Notes under the pieces: generated by a model | The model's database searches: none | Seen by the model: the letters and a program-made list of their open reading frames with translations, nothing else | What the model was told of the DNA's origin: nothing | Made by a program: the position numbers and the translations under genes | Source: Macrostomum lignano | Lineage: Eukaryota | Assembly (NCBI GenBank): GCA_002269645.1 | Contig: NIVC01001980.1 | Span: forward strand, 62,001-126,000 | Direction of reading: 5' to 3' | DNA length: 64,000 bases | Part shown: one piece after another, positions 1-13,929 of the stretch | How positions within the stretch are numbered: the stretch's first letter is position 1 | Layout: each line of letters opens with the position of its first letter

Positions 1-558
1 GAAGGCTGCGTACGGCTGTTCAGTCCAAGGCCTGGGGGGGGGGGTCGCTACACACACCCTCAACAGAGAATATTGAGCATACATAGAATGCCAAAGAATG
101 CCAACGTAGCTTTTAAAAGTGAAGCAGATTTTCGCGTTCCGCCGGGAGTTTGGCTTTGGACCATAGACTAAAGTGTTTTGAGCTAAAATATATTTGTGAT
201 AAATGTAGAAATGAGAACTTTAAATAATTAATTGAATACATCTTTCTAGCTCAGGGCACCTAATTTTTCATATATTTTTAGTCTATGGTCCAAAGCCAAA
301 CTCCCGGCGGAACGAGAAAATTGGCTTCACTTTTTAAAGCTACGAGTCCGTTGGCATTCTATGTATGCTCATCAATCAATATTCTCTAATCCTCATTTAC
401 CCCAGCTAATGCTAGCACCCATTTTACAGCTGGGTGAACTGAAACAATGCAGAATCGAGTGTCTTGCTCAAGGACACAAATTGTTCCGAGTGGGTCGAGA
501 ATCGAACCCCCGACCTTTCAGTCGTAAGACAGACGCGCTAACTGCTAAACCTCCAACG
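1..558 (-). mobile_element. tRNA-derived CORE-like SINE copy, interrupted by a MITE and running off the window start
   Basis: 1-64 and ~390-558 are the reverse complement of the element at 31288-31510. tRNA-like head with B box GGTTCGATTC at ~490-558. Confidence 0.75.
65..388. mobile_element. Foldback MITE with long imperfect TIRs (~120-140 bp) inserted in the SINE
   Basis: agagaatattgagcatacatagaatgcc...ggaccatagactaaa is mirrored by ttagtctatggtcc...ggcattctatgtatgctca...caatattctct. No clear TSD. Confidence 0.75.
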
Positions 559-708
559 AAATTGCCACGAGTTGCAAGTGCAGCGCATGGATGCTTAATA
601 TAATTAATATTTAACTATTGACAATAAGGAAATAAACATCAAATTTAAGAAATCAGCGTCTATCAAACAAAATGTTACAATTAGCCACTCGTGTATTTGC
701 ATGGCAAT

Positions 709-882
709 CATGCTTCGGCGCAACCTAGGGATTCACCCGGCCGTTTCTATTGACAACACACACACACACACGTAAGTCGCTATTGGACAGAATAGTAGTC
801 ACGATACTGCTATCAGCCAATAGCGACTTACATGTGTGTGTTGCCAATAAAAACGGCCGGGTGATTCCCAAGGTTGCGCATG
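709..882. mobile_element. Palindromic MITE (same family as 58258-58429)
   Basis: Near-perfect ~170-bp hairpin (gcgcaacc...ggttgcgc arms). A second copy in opposite orientation at 58258-58429. Confidence 0.75.
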
Positions 883-2357
883 AATGGCCAATGGCAATAC
901 AGTTACTATGTACTAATTAAGTCAGTACCATAGAGTCGTTCTTGAAGTAGCCCAAAGTACAACTCAAATTACGCATCAAAAATATTAATGACAATTTTTG
1001 GTTATAAATTAAAAGACTAACGGATGTCAGAGTTGAATTATTAAATTGTGTAAATCATTCAACAGATTAAAAAATATCAGAGAAATCGTAGTTATAAATC
1101 ATAGTAAACAATTTTGCAGCCTAGTTGATCCTGCAATTACTCGATTGAATAATGCATTGGCCGTCTATGGCACAGACTGGGCCTTTCCTAATACCAATGA
1201 ATTGCGTACTCACAGAATCAACTAGGCTGCAAAAGGGTAGTAACATGTAATGCAAACAGATTATACAGACAGAAGCGAGAATAGAGACATTAGCACCAGG
1301 TATAACATAGATGGCACAACTACTCAAGTAGAAGCACGGGAAAGTACATTTCTTGGAAAATTTTAGGAGACATGCTTTACCGAAAAAGTACATTACGGAG
1401 ATCGGAGGTTTATTATCTACGCACGATCACTCGAAGCTTTTTGTTTCAGGATATGAAATTAATATAAAATTCTAGTTTTATAAATGAAAAACTCTAGGAA
1501 TATCAATAGAACTATAAGAAAGGCGACCTATCAAATGATGAACTTTGGGTCTGCCTCCTATTAAAAACAATAACAATTTTTTAGCTGAAAATTGGAAACC
1601 TCCTGTCTCCGTAATGTACTTTTAGGTTCTTCTACTTGAGTAGTCCTTGGATAACATATCTACGAAAATGTAGCATGTAAAATATAGTAAATTTACATTA
1701 TATAATCTATTGTGTGGAATATAGTTCCCGTACAGAACAAATAGTATACACATTTATGCACATTTAATTAATGATTTTAATCACATTGCAAGGTAAAGGA
1801 ATAATCAACACACGCACAAGGAATGGTAAATAAAAATCCAAAGTAAAAACTATATAGATAGAAAGAGAAAAAAGTCAATCAAATGTTTTGTTCGCAAGCA
1901 GACAAGGCGCAATAACCGCGATGCAATGATGAGCATCGCTACAGAACACAGAGAAGTGCACAAAGACTGGAGTACATTCGTTATAGTTCGTTAGCAACAA
2001 AATACAGTACATAAGAAAGGCTTCAATATTATAGTGAGAAATCAACATGCTAGACAATAGACAGTAACAAGTAATCCAAAGTATGAGGTGATGAATTTGG
2101 CTACTGAAAAAATAAACAGAATGCCCTGATTAGTGGGTCAATCTACCGAGTCAATAGACAGCTTCAAAGCCCTTCTGCTTCATCTGTTGACCTGGCCGGC
2201 TCAGCAATGGCCGGCTTGCCAACAGTTCCAATTATCTTTGTCTCCTTGGCAACCTGGCGAGTGCGTGAAGACGGATGCATTGGAGCAGCATAATAGAATG
2301 ATTTGAATGCGTTTTACATGCTCTCGCCAGTAGTCAACTTGCAAATTTAAGGTAATT

Positions 2358-5300
2358 TCATTGATATTGACGCTGAAAACAGTGCCGCCTCACCCGTCTA
2401 TCCAGCTCGTACACGGAGTCGGGCAGGTCCAGCTGATCTGGCCCGACCAGATGGAACACCTCCTGCAGGCAGTCGGCAAACTGCTGGTAAAGCCCAGGAG
2501 CGGTGAATCTGGCGAACCACCACCAGAACATGCGGGTCCGCCTGTCCGCGTGCAGGTGAATGAGGCAAGCCAGGTTGCTGGACCAGCGCGGATCGCCGGT
2601 GAGCAGGTCGCGCAACTCCTACAGATGGCAGGCAGGTCCCTGTTCAGGCGCTTACCGCTCTGAATTTACAGACCTCTCTTTCCTATTAATATCCTTTTCT
2701 CCGCTACCTCTTCTATTATAAATCTCTCTTGTATATACCCCTCCCTCTCCATCTCTACCCTACCTCTCCCCATCTCTATCCTACCTCTCTACATTTCAAG
2801 CCTCCCTCTCTCCATCTCTACCCTACCTCTCTCCATCTCTATCCTACCTCTCTTTATCTCTGCCCTACGTCTCTCCATTTCTAGACTAGCTCTCTCCATC
2901 TTTAACCTACCTCTCTCCCTACCCTACCCTCTACGGTATCTCTACCCTACCTCTTTCCATCTCAAGCCTCCCCATCTTCATATCTACCCTCCCTCACTCC
3001 ATCTTTACCCTCCCTCACTCCATCTTTACCCTCCCTCACTTCATCTTTACCCTCCCGGCCTCCCTCACTTCATCTTTACCCTCCCGGCCTCCCTCACTCC
3101 ATCTTTACCGTCCCTCACTCCATCTTTACCCTCCCTCACTTCATCTTTACCCTCCCTCACTCCATCTTTACCCTCCCCCACTCCATCTTTACCGTCCCTC
3201 ACTCCATCTTTACCCTCCCTCACTCCATCTTTACCCTCCCTCACTCCATCTTTACCTTCCCTCCCTCCATCTTTACCCTCCCTCACTCCATCTTTACCCT
3301 CCCTCACTCCATCTTTACCCTCCCCCACTCCATCTTTACCGTCCCTCACTCCATCTTTACCCTCCCTCACTCCATCTTTACCCTCCCTCACTCCATCTTT
3401 ACCCTCCCTCACTCCATCTTTACCTTCCCTCCCTCCATCTTTACCCTCCCTCACTCCATCTTTACCCTCCCTCACTCCATTTCAAGCCTGTCTCTCTTTA
3501 TCTCTACCCTTCTTTTCTCCATCTCAACTTTTTATCTGTACCCCTTCTACTTGCCCGTCTACCCTTTCACGGCAAATAAAGAGGCCGAGTTTGCGCACCT
3601 TCAGAAAAGCGGAATGCGGCAGCGCATCGTAGCCGCAGTGCGCGTACAGCAGCACGTATGGCTGGCCAACCAGCGGCTCCAACACGCTCAACACTAGCAG
3701 AGCCAAATCTTCGTAGTTGCGCTGAGCCAATGGCGGCATCCGGGACCCTATGACAACAATAACTGGCCGGCCATGGACATCGTGGCCGCTGTGGAATAGA
3801 CAGCGGGCGGCCCGCAGCCGGCTGAGGTCCTGCTGCCTGGGGAAATAATAATCGAATTGATTTTATAGGTGTAAATCGCAATAATAAAAAATGAAGGTCA
3901 GTTTAGCTGACCTCTGAGCACGCACACGGGTAAGTAAGCAGGCCCAGACTCACAGAGGGTGTACAGCGGCCCCGAGCTTCTCATCCCTTGCCATGCCTCA
4001 AGTAATGATTTGTGCCTTCTGCCCAGGCGCAATAGCAATTAGCTTTTGGCCATTATTCTACAGTTTTCCTACGTTTATCATCTATCCACCCCTGCTTATC
4101 TTTGCAAAAGCGTGAAATAAGCGCGGATACGTACAGTCATATGCACAGGCACCCACTCACACAGGAGTGTACAGCGGCCCTAACTTCATTAGCATGTACA
4201 TTGTACACTTCACTGTGCCTTGGGGGGCTGGCCCTAAAGGCCGTTAATTGACACGAGCAGAGCCAAGCCGAGATTCCAATTTAGCCTCAAATTAATCTTG
4301 ATGCGCATCAACCATGCGTGCGTTTAAAACTCGCTCGTCACTGATCTTGAAATCGGGCCGCAGCAGGCCAGCGTGCACTTCATCTCCATCTCAGGACTCA
4401 ACAATATATCATAAAACAGGATTGCACAAGAGTACAGAAAATACAGAAGTACACAGCACTGGCAAGCCCAACCTGGCCCGGCGCAACCAACGATCGTAGC
4501 GACGCTCGCTAGACAGAACCTGATCGGCGCGAATCACGTCAGCGGACTGTCGCCTGCCACCAGCGTTGACTCGTCCGCTGCCTCCCGCACCTTTTCCTAC
4601 ACCGCCGGCGCCGCCACCGCCACCGCTGCTACTGCCGACGCGCTTCTGCCAACGACTAGCGTCGCTGTCGGGATTCTGCTCCATGCGGGCGAAGGCGTGC
4701 GACCCGACGCCGGATACCGCCAGTCCGGAGTCCTGCTCAGCGCCGTAGCCAGCGAGGACACCGGCCGTGGCAGCGACTGCCGTCTCAATTTGGTCGCCCA
4801 TCGCCGCCTCGGACGGTGGCGGAGACGGGCTGGACTCGCGGGAGCTGTCACTGCAGACAGGAAAGTGACATTACAAGCTGAATAGAATGTCAGCTGCCTA
4901 AAACCGCTACCCTTCCCACTGAAAACTTTACCGTGACAAGAATAGTTAGAGTCATTGCAAACAACTCACTAGTGACTCTAGAGAGTCAGGAGCGCATCAC
5001 GTGAGCTGCAGAATCGTAAGAGTCGCAAAAATTCGTCCAAGAGGTGTTGTGTTGACGCTTAACTTTCTACTAACTCAAGTAGACTAAATAGAGTTATGAT
5101 ATATGCGAAATGCAATTCTAATTGATAAAGTGGCGCAGATGCGCATCAGAGTCTTTTTAAAGTCGCAGGCAATAAAACGCCTCAAATCTCGTCATTTTAG
5201 AGTCGTCTCAGAGTCACTTCTTGCCTATTTTTCCTCTGTTAACTGCAAAGAATACGAAATAACCATGGGGCGACGCGTGACTCTGAGATGCTTCTTAGCC

Positions 5301-5959
5301 TAGGTACTGATTTAATCGGGCTTCCTAATGGAGCTTCTTCGTCATCATCGGACTGTGCTACGCGCTGTCTTTCATCAGTAATCTGCTATCATATCCCACA
5401 CCAATGCAGAGCACATCAAGAAGCCAATTCAATTCAATACAGGCCGCTCACCGCTGCTCGCCAAGCGGATTAGCGGCAATCCGAATGCCCCGGCCCTGGT
5501 GCACCGGTTCGCCCATTAGGCCGCCAAGATTGGCGCCGGCCAGGGCAATTTTTGACTGACGCAGCTCGGCCGGCCGGCGGGGAAAGTACAGGGCGGCCAG
5601 CTCCGGGTAGCAGGCGCCGTTCTGGTCGCCGGTAGCCAAAACCAGGCGGCTCAGGCCGTCGCCGTGTCGTTCAAGAAATCGGCGCAAACAGCGCAGAATG
5701 AGATGGGCGCCTTCCTCTGGCGGATAGCCGCGCTTAATGGAATGAATTGGGGCCAGGCCGAGAGTGTCCAAGCCGCGATCCAGCACCTGTTCCAGCACGG
5801 CTCGGGTGCTGTTGTACAGGGCGCTCTCCGCCGCTGTGCGATACTTGGCGTTGTAGCGGGGCCCGATGGTGTGGATGATGAAGCGTGCCGGCAGGCGGTA
5901 GCCTTTGGTGACCTTGGCCTCGCCTGTTCTGCAACCTGCGCGAGTGGATAGATAGATAA

Positions 5960-5995
<36 letters not shown>

Positions 5996-6348
5996 CTAGA
6001 TAGATAGTAGATAGCGAGAAAGAGCGAGCGAAGCGAGCTCTTTCGAGCTTGCTTGCCGCAGCCAATCACGCTGAAAGCACGCACACAAGATCACCGGAAA
6101 CGATTAAGGCAGCTGGAAAGCCAATGGGCGCGGTAAGCGCTTTTATCCAGAGGAACTACCTACTGGAACCAGCCATGCCGAACGAAAATCAGACTACTCA
6201 AGTAGTGCAAAAGAGTGCGAGCAACTACCGAGAAATCTAATTTTCGTAACCGCTCCGGTGCAGGTCCTGGCAATAGATGGTAGATAGCGAGAAAGAGCGA
6301 GCGAAGCGAGCTCTTTCGAGCTTGCTTGCCGCAGCCAATCACGCAGCC

Positions 6349-6381
<33 letters not shown>

Positions 6382-7489
6382 CAATGTAGATAGATAAATA
6401 AATAGATAGATAGTTAGGTAGATAGACAGGTAGACAGGTAGATAGATAGATAGGTAGATAGATAGATACATACATACATACATACATACATACATACATA
6501 GGTAGATATATAGGTAGGTAGGTAGACAGGTAGACAGGTAGATAGATAGATAGGTAGATAGATACATACATACATACATACATAGGTAGATAGATAGGTA
6601 GGTAGGTAGACAGGTAGACAGGTAGATAGATAGATAGGTAGATAGATAGATAGATAGATGGACAATGTAGATAGATAAATAAATAGATAGATAGTTAGGT
6701 AGATGGACAGGTAGACAGGTAGATAGATAGATAGGTAGATAGATAGATACATACATACATAGGTAGATAGATAGTTAGGTAGACAGACAGGTAGGTAGAT
6801 AGATAGATAGATAGATAGATAGATACATAGATAGATAGATACATACATACATACATAGGTAGATAGATAGGTTGGTAGGTAGACAGACAGGTAGGTAGAT
6901 AGATAAGGTATAGTAATGACTCACTTCGAACAGATTCAGCCACCTCCTGCTGCAGCGCCGGGCCGCCCAGATCAAGGATGCGGACAGACAGCGGATTGCG
7001 ATCGCTCATAGTTTCATTGCTAACGTTAACTATGGCCGTGGCCTTCAGCGTTGCAAGATCGCCGGACCTTGAAAAAATGAATTGTTGATCTTGTGTCACC
7101 ATTGCAATTAGACTGATGTACATCTGTGCTACGGCAGTTCGATAAAAGAACTACAGTTGCTGAAACTAGATCTTTTGTTTCGCCCTGATTTTCTAATCAT
7201 CAGGCTTGGGAATTGGCGCTTATGGGTGTAAATTGAACAACAAACCACCGGCCAATTTTCGTGCTAGTCTACTGACACAAGTAGAAAGTGTAGAGTTTGG
7301 CAGAGCCACTCACCAGAGCACCAGCTTGCTGTTAATGCCGGCATCAATAGGAAATGGCGCGTCGCGACAGCTAGTCTGCTGATCTTCGTCGGTCTCGACT
7401 GAATCGGCGGATTCGCCGCCGGCCTCCTGCCAGGTGGCGAGCTGCATCGGGTCCACGGACACAAGGACAGCGTCTAGCGGATCGGACAT
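2358..7489 (-). CDS. GDAP2: GDAP2 (Macro domain + CRAL-TRIO/BCH domain), 6 coding exons
   Basis: Exons 7489-7314, 7067-6925, 5935-5452, 4850-4473, 3836-3599, 2618-2358 are all GT-AG with matching phases. Motifs MSDPLDA..., KLVLWSGDLA, CRTGEAKVTKGYRLPARFIIHTIGP, GSHAFARME and DQLDLPDSVYELD match the GDAP2 family. The exact 3' end is uncertain. Confidence 0.93.
2700..3525. repeat. CT-rich minisatellite with 21-bp unit CCCTCCCTCACTCCATCTTTA, in GDAP2 intron 5
   Basis: Direct tandem units from ~2990 to 3480, with degenerate flanks. Confidence 0.9.
5946..6905. repeat. (GATA/GGTA/CATA)n microsatellites flanking two copies of a ~60-bp hairpin module, in GDAP2 intron 2
   Basis: The module gaaagagc-gagcgaagcga-gctctttc...gccaatcacgc occurs at 6011-6070 and 6284-6345. 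Confidence 0.85.
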
Positions 7490-8364
7490 CGGGCCGCTAA
7501 CTGCTGCCTATTAGCTATATGGTGATACTTTAAGCTGCCGCTATAGATCAACACTGAAGAGGCGGGTCACCGCATGCGCGACCGTTTATAACGGCTATAC
7601 TGCGCAGAAATTGATATTCTTTTACTTTAATTTTATTTTTCAAGCGCTTTCAAGCTTAAATGAGATAGAGACGAGCTAGAGTGAGAAGGAGCTGATGCTT
7701 ATAGTGAGAGAGAGAGATGGAGAGAGTCGGAGAAGAACGCAATTATTTTTTTGATTACGAGTAGAGGGCCGAGTCGGGATGAATATTTACTCTAGGAAGG
7801 AATAGTCAATGAGGGGAGATAAGGGAACAGGAGTAATGGGGGAGAAAGAGATGAGGAAAGAAAGTGAGAAGGGAGATGGAGAGAGGAAGGAGAGGGGAAG
7901 AGGAGGAAAAAAATAATAAAGAATATAAAATATCTTTATACAAAAAAGTCAGAGAAAAAGAACAAAAAAATCTGAATCGATAGATGAAAAATGAAATATG
8001 CAGAGCTCAAAGCGGATGCATTTATTTCGCTTACAGAATAGGAAAATGGAAAGTAACAACGGGAGAAAGTGAAACTAATAACGGCGTGCGGGCAGTTGCA
8101 TATCTGTTACAGACCCTCCATATTGTTAAACGGAAAGGTTAAACGATAAATTGGTGGTGACCACAGATACTAGAATAACTAGATGTCACTCGAAAAAATG
8201 AGTTTATGTACTCTTTCTCAGCAAAAAAATTTTTGCCTTCAAAGTAAAAAAATCAGTAGAATACACAATGTTAAAGTTTTTTAAGCTGCAACAATTGCAT
8301 CTGGCTTTCTCAGCTTCAGCCAGGCCGATAAACAGCTTGGTTTTCCTCTTTCCCGCTTGTGTCT

Positions 8365-8578
8365 GACTCTCTCATTGGCTGAGCTAGATTGGGCCTGCCC
8401 CCTAGGCTGAGTTTCGTCCGTCGGACTTTCAACTCTCTCCTTACTGCTCTCTCATTGGCTGAGCTATATTGGGCCAGCCCCCTAGGCTGTCCGTCTGACT
8501 TTCAACTCTCTCTCCTTACTGCTCTCTCATTGGCTGAGTTAGATTGGGCCTGCCCCCTAGGCTGAGTTTCGCCTGTCT
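8365..8578. repeat. About three tandem copies of a ~75-80-bp unit
   Basis: ctctcattggctgag(c/t)ta(g/t)attgggcc...cccctaggctg occurs three times. Confidence 0.7.
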
Positions 8579-9384
8579 CGTGTTCACGTGTGCACATCAA
8601 GTTAACTGCTTATTGTTCATTCTTAACCCCAGCATACTGTATCCTCCTGAGGCCGCATACCCCGTGGAAGGAAAAATTTTTAGCTGCCACATTCAATTTA
8701 ACGGACACTGCGCGGACAAACTACTGAAAAAGAGTAGACGCTTTGCTTTTTTTACAACTTTAATTGCGAGTGACACATCTGGTTATTCTAATAACTGTGG
8801 TGGTGACTAAACCAAATTAAGCAAGGTCAGCCCTATACTCGTAGCCGCAAATGCGCCTCTGCTAGAAATCACAGTTTATTCAGATGACTCAAACTTAAAT
8901 ACATTAGGGGAAGTGCTTCATCGTTACAACAAAACAGATAGGAGAGGTTTTTCAACTTATTAAAACACAAGAAAGCAGTGCATTGTTACTATTCTTAGCT
9001 TTTCAGACTCGAGTCCCCCTTCCCTTTTCTTCAATATATGGCTTAATAATATTATATTTGTGGCGCTGACTGCTTGCTTTTATTTTCATAAAATAGCTTA
9101 CACACATCCTTCCTTACTACTGAACTGAAAGTAGAGACACTGTTTTAGCAAGCCAACGTGCCTATGGTCTATCTAGTTTTTAAGTAGTTGTGATATACAT
9201 TAGCCATTATTTGAAAGCCATCGCTTTCGGCACTTGTACAACACTGCGCATTAGTCTAAGTAGTAGTAAGATTCATATTTAGGAATAATATTTATCTACA
9301 AACACATTGGAAGGCTATACCAGAATAGCGAGGGTGCCAAAAAAGCGCAATACGTCAAGTTACAGTTTGGTATAAGGTCAGCAG

Positions 9385-10311
9385 TCACAGGTACATACTC
9401 TCAGCTTGGCTGCTCATCTTCTTAGGCAGTCGGACCAGCTCGTCAAAGTAGGAGGCCAGCTCGTACACGGTCAGATCCGGATAAGCGTCGCCAACCAGAC
9501 GGCAGCGCTCCGTTGAATAGGTCGACGCTTCGCCAACGCCGGCACTGGCTAGTAGAGAGGCTGGTTCCGCTGTGGAATCGCTTGCCGCGGTGCTAACTGA
9601 AGAATCCGATGCCGATGCGGGTTCTGATGGCGCTGCAGCCAGGGCCGCTGGCGGGGCTTCCAGAGCCAGTCGAGCCGCAGTGGTTGGTTTGTCCAAGCCG
9701 AATAGTCGAATATTGCGATCGCGCATCCACGCGCTTGACAACTGGGCCAGGTGCTGGTTGCTAAGCAACAGCTCGGCAATAGCGGTAGTGGATACTAGAA
9801 TAGTACAGCTGGGATTGCGAGACAACTGACAGTGCAATCGGTGCTGCTGCTGCTGCAGTTTCCGCCTGCTTGGCCGGCGCAGCAGTCGGGACGGTTTAGA
9901 TATGCGACGCAACGGGTCGGCGGCGACCGGGTGCTGCTGTTGACGCCTGGAGCAGAAGGCTGCGACCGTGACAGCGGCGGCCGACTCCCGCCTGGCCGCC
10001 AAAGCGTAGCGACGGCACAGCTGAGCCAGACTATCCGACGACAAGTTAGTCTGTCTACTCATTCTAGTAGAGTGAGGTTCCTCATCGGCATCCTGATTGC
10101 CGGCTGGCACAATGGATAGGCTGGACAGGCGGGACAGCAGCGGGAGCAGGGCGCAGCTAGCGGTTGCGCTGCTTTTCACCGCCGAGCATTGCGCAACAAC
10201 CAGGGTGCCACTGTCGACATCGCTCACAGTTGGTGCTGACTCTGGCAATACTGGCTGGCCAGTGTCATCGGCAGCAGAGTCCGAATTCCTGGCACTTGTG
10301 GTTGGATCGAT
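9385..10311 (-). CDS. OSER1: OSER1/DUF776-like serine-rich protein, terminal exon; the start codon is unresolved
   Basis: C-terminus DLTVYELASYFDELVRLPKKMSSQAESMYL resembles the conserved OSER1 tail (DxTIxxLxxYxxxxxxIPKKMSxMAEMMY). Acceptor ttttccag at 10312. First in-frame ATG is at 10062. Confidence 0.65.
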   Translation of the reverse strand: MDPTTSARNSDSAADDTGQPVLPESAPTVSDVDSGTLVVAQCSAVKSSATASCALLPLLSRLSSLSIVPAGNQDADEEPHSTRMSRQTNLSSDSLAQLCRRYALAARRESAAAVTVAAFCSRRQQQHPVAADPLRRISKPSRLLRRPSRRKLQQQQHRLHCQLSRNPSCTILVSTTAIAELLLSNQHLAQLSSAWMRDRNIRLFGLDKPTTAARLALEAPPAALAAAPSEPASASDSSVSTAASDSTAEPASLLASAGVGEASTYSTERCRLVGDAYPDLTVYELASYFDELVRLPKKMSSQAESMYL

Positions 10312-12589
10312 CTGGAAAATAGAATTTAAGTGAAATTGTACTTTAACAATGCTTAAAGCATCAATTGTGATCAAAGATGCCCAACAACCGGCCGACCGGT
10401 GGCGAGAGGTCTGGCCAAAGTAAGTCGCAAAAACGCTAGATTAAAAAGACGCAGTACTATTTATATGACGAGGCATTTAGCTTTAATGACACAATTATAG
10501 TTACTTCTGCCGTTTACCCAAAATTTCGTTAATTTCTGCTTTATTGTTTCTTTCATAGGTAAGTCTCATTTTTAGTCAAAAAGTAAGTCAGGTGAAATGG
10601 CCAGTCAGGCCAGGTGAAATTTCGAAGTTGGGCATGTATGATTGTGATAATCAACTTATTATTGAAAACTTTTTTTTAGTTATGTACCACAATTGCTTTA
10701 GATTTTTAATTTCAAAAATTGTTTGTATGAAACCCTGTATCTCCCTCATTACTAGAACTGATTCAGAGATTATTCAACTAAGGAGGAAGGTTACTGCAAG
10801 ATAAACTGGCATAAGGAACAGTTCACAGCAGTATAGCACTGGGTTTTTCAACTACAAAGAATGTAATTTAATTTGGCATCCAAGTTAAAAAATTAAAATA
10901 TAGTAAAATACACAATTGACATTTTAGATCTTAATAATTTAGTAGTTATAAAAGGATCATTCCAGAATTAGCTTTAGATTCCATTCCATAAGAAATGGAC
11001 ATATAAAGAAATGGAAATTTCCAGATTACATGCAACTAAAGGAGCTATTAAAAAATTCCTATTTTATAAGAAATATCTATGGACAAAAAGCATATCACAA
11101 TTTTAGATTGATTTCTAATTGCCAAATAAGGGTTTTATAGTATTTATTGTTTGAATTAGCTAAAATTTGCTCAAAATTTACTCAAAAAATTGTTAACTGT
11201 GACTAACTATTACTCGTACTACTCATTACTTTTAGCCTGCCTTGAAACTCTAAAGAACAATAAATATCTCTTCCATTGAATGTATTAAAGATAAAACTAA
11301 AATAGAACTGAATTTTCAAATTTTTTGTTGAATTGCTAGACAAATCTGTAATGACCAGGATGCTACAACTAGGATATCAGAAAAATAAATACATAGCAGC
11401 CATAGACTTGAAAAGGTGATTTGCCTCTCTGAAACTATTTAATTGAAAGTTTATTATACATTTATTACTTTTTGCTGATATACTTGATATGTTTAGTTAA
11501 ATGAAAAGAAAATCCTTTCAAAATTTCACCTATTACTTTTCTTTAGCTACTACTAGAATCATAATTAATCAAACTAGAGTTTATTTATAAAGCAATAAAA
11601 CAGTTCCATTTTTTCCTAATAAAATTTGTAATAACAACTTTATTTTCCATGTGTCATTTTCCAGTGCAGGCTTTCTGTCCACCTTTAACTAATAGCTTTA
11701 ATGTTATGACTAACTTTAACTAGAACCATCCAAAAATAATAGATAGTCAAAGTAAAATAAAAACTAAAAAGATATTTACCTTCAACTAAAGGACATTCAG
11801 CATAGAAAAAACTGGGTACCATAGGAGAAACTATTGGGATCCAGGTAGAGGTAGGATAGAATAATCTTAATCTTAATCACAAAATCTTAAAATCCTAGAA
11901 CAATTAGAATCCCAATCTTGTCTAATCCCAAATATTTTTTTCCTAACCTAATCTTTATAATCTTAAAATTCTAGGATCATAATCTTGCAAAATCATAAAA
12001 ATAAAAGACTAAAGTAACTCTATCAAAATATAGACCTTTCTTTTCATTTTTATTTGAGTATTAAAAGTTAATTAGGAAAATGGTACAATGTGCACTAGAA
12101 TAATTTTGGAAAACAATGTGGGTGCCATTTATAGGCCTATACTATTTGTGCACTTTTTATATATTATTTTTGTTCTCTAACCTTAATTTACAAAAAAATA
12201 TTTAAAACCAAAATGGTAACTAGATATTTTGGTTAATAAACATTTATAACAAACTGTATATTATGGTTACAGGTTTTTTCTTAGTTTAAAATTAAAAAAC
12301 AAAAAAGTAAATAAAAAATGGTACTATTTAGCAAAAATAGTAAGAAATAATATATTATACTTTACAAAGACCTTTATTTGTTAATAAAACTTTGTAAACT
12401 TTTAAGACCCTTTTTCTTTTTGCTTTGTTTAACTTTTAACTTTATACAATATTTAAGCATTTTATTTCTTTTTTACTATATATTATAGTATTTTTTTCCA
12501 TATACTAAAATGCATATACTAAAAATGGCTTTTTAGTATTTATTTATCTATCTATGTGATCGATTTTTAACAAAAATGGCCCAACCATT

Positions 12590-13310
12590 GCACTTGATAA
12601 TCCAATGATTATTAGGCTTGATAAACCAAGGATTATTGCACTTGATAAACTAAAGATTATTGCACTCAATAAGCCAAGGATTACTGCACTTGATAAGCCA
12701 AGGATTGTTGCACTTGATAAACAAGGATTGTTGTATTTGATAAACCAAGTATTATTGCACTTGATAGGGCCTAAACTAAGAGTTGTTGCACTTGATAAAC
12801 AAGGATTATTGCACTTGATAAGCCAAGGATTACTGCACTTGATAAGCCAAGGATTATTGCACTTGATAAACCAAGGATTATTGCATTTGATAAACCAAGG
12901 ATTATTGCATTTGATAAACCAAAGATTATTGCACTTGATAAGATAAGGATTAGGCCTATTGCACTTGATAGACTAAGGATTATTGCACTTAATAAATCAA
13001 AGATTATGCACTTGATAAGCCAAGGATAATTGCACTTGATAAGCCAAGGATTATTGCACATGATAAACCAAGGATTATTGTACTTGATAAACCAAGGATT
13101 GTTGCACTTGATAAACTAAGGATTATTTCATTCAATAAGCCAAGCCAAGGATTACACACTTGATAAGCCTAGGATTATTGCACTTAATAGGCCTAAGCCA
13201 AGGATTATTGCACTAGATTAGAAAAGGACTAATGCATTAGCTTAGACATCAATTTTTGCACTTGATAAATAAAGGATTATTGCACTAATTGAGAAAATGA
13301 TTATTGCACT
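12590..13310. repeat. 24-bp minisatellite AAGGATTATTGCACTTGATAAACC, about 28 copies
   Basis: Direct tandem units. Confidence 0.9.
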
Positions 13311-13344
13311 AGCTGAGAATAGGATTAGGCCTATGCTATGGCTA

Positions 13345-13406
13345 TGCAACATGCGACCCCACTGGCTGGGGGTTGCAAGTTGCAACCTACAGGTTGAGAA
13401 CCACTG
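13345..13406. mobile_element. Probable solitary hAT (Charlie/Buster-like) terminus
   Basis: Ends in ggttgagaaccactg, the reverse complement of a CAGTGGTTCTCAACC-type TIR. No partner end seen. Confidence 0.35.
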
Positions 13407-13929
13407 GCTTAAGGCCTACAAAATATAGGTTCTAAAGTAAATAAAAAGAAAATTTAACTAAGGCTCAATATAAAAAAGTAAATCAGATAAGCCTAGCTGA
13501 TTTGATTAGGCCCCTGATGTTATTCAACTAACAATCTGCTTAATTTTATATTGGACAGGCCTACACTATTCTATTGTATAAATATGCCTAACTTTTCCTA
13601 GGCTATGCAGCCATACCCAGGCCATAGTAGTCAAAACATAAGCAGGCTGTGGGCCCAGTTTTAAGCATATCGTTTTTTGTCTGACACAAACTAAACATGT
13701 ACAAAATATTCCAAGTAAATGTAAATACTATATTAGTATATTACTTTGCAAACACTTCCTTACTTAACTTAATTGTATGTTTTAATGAGAAATTATAAGC
13801 CTACCGCATATCTTTCTAATCATAAGTTTAATCATAAGAAAGCCAAAATATCATAATCGCTAGCTTTGTCTGTTTGTACAATTACAAAGGCAAAATGCTT
13901 ATAACGGAATAACGGTGGCTTAACGGAAT

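Noticed and set aside
2164-2340. Possible extra GDAP2 exon or stop read-through (LTTGESM*NAFKSFYYAAP...)
   Set aside because: A short intron after 2393 is possible, but the frame stops after 7 codons. The ~50 open codons beyond are within chance.
3065-6975. Numerous low-complexity ORFs over microsatellites (also 12605-13061, 28335-28763, 29992-30308, 36828-37497, 52225-54983)
   Set aside because: Artefacts of tandem repeats.
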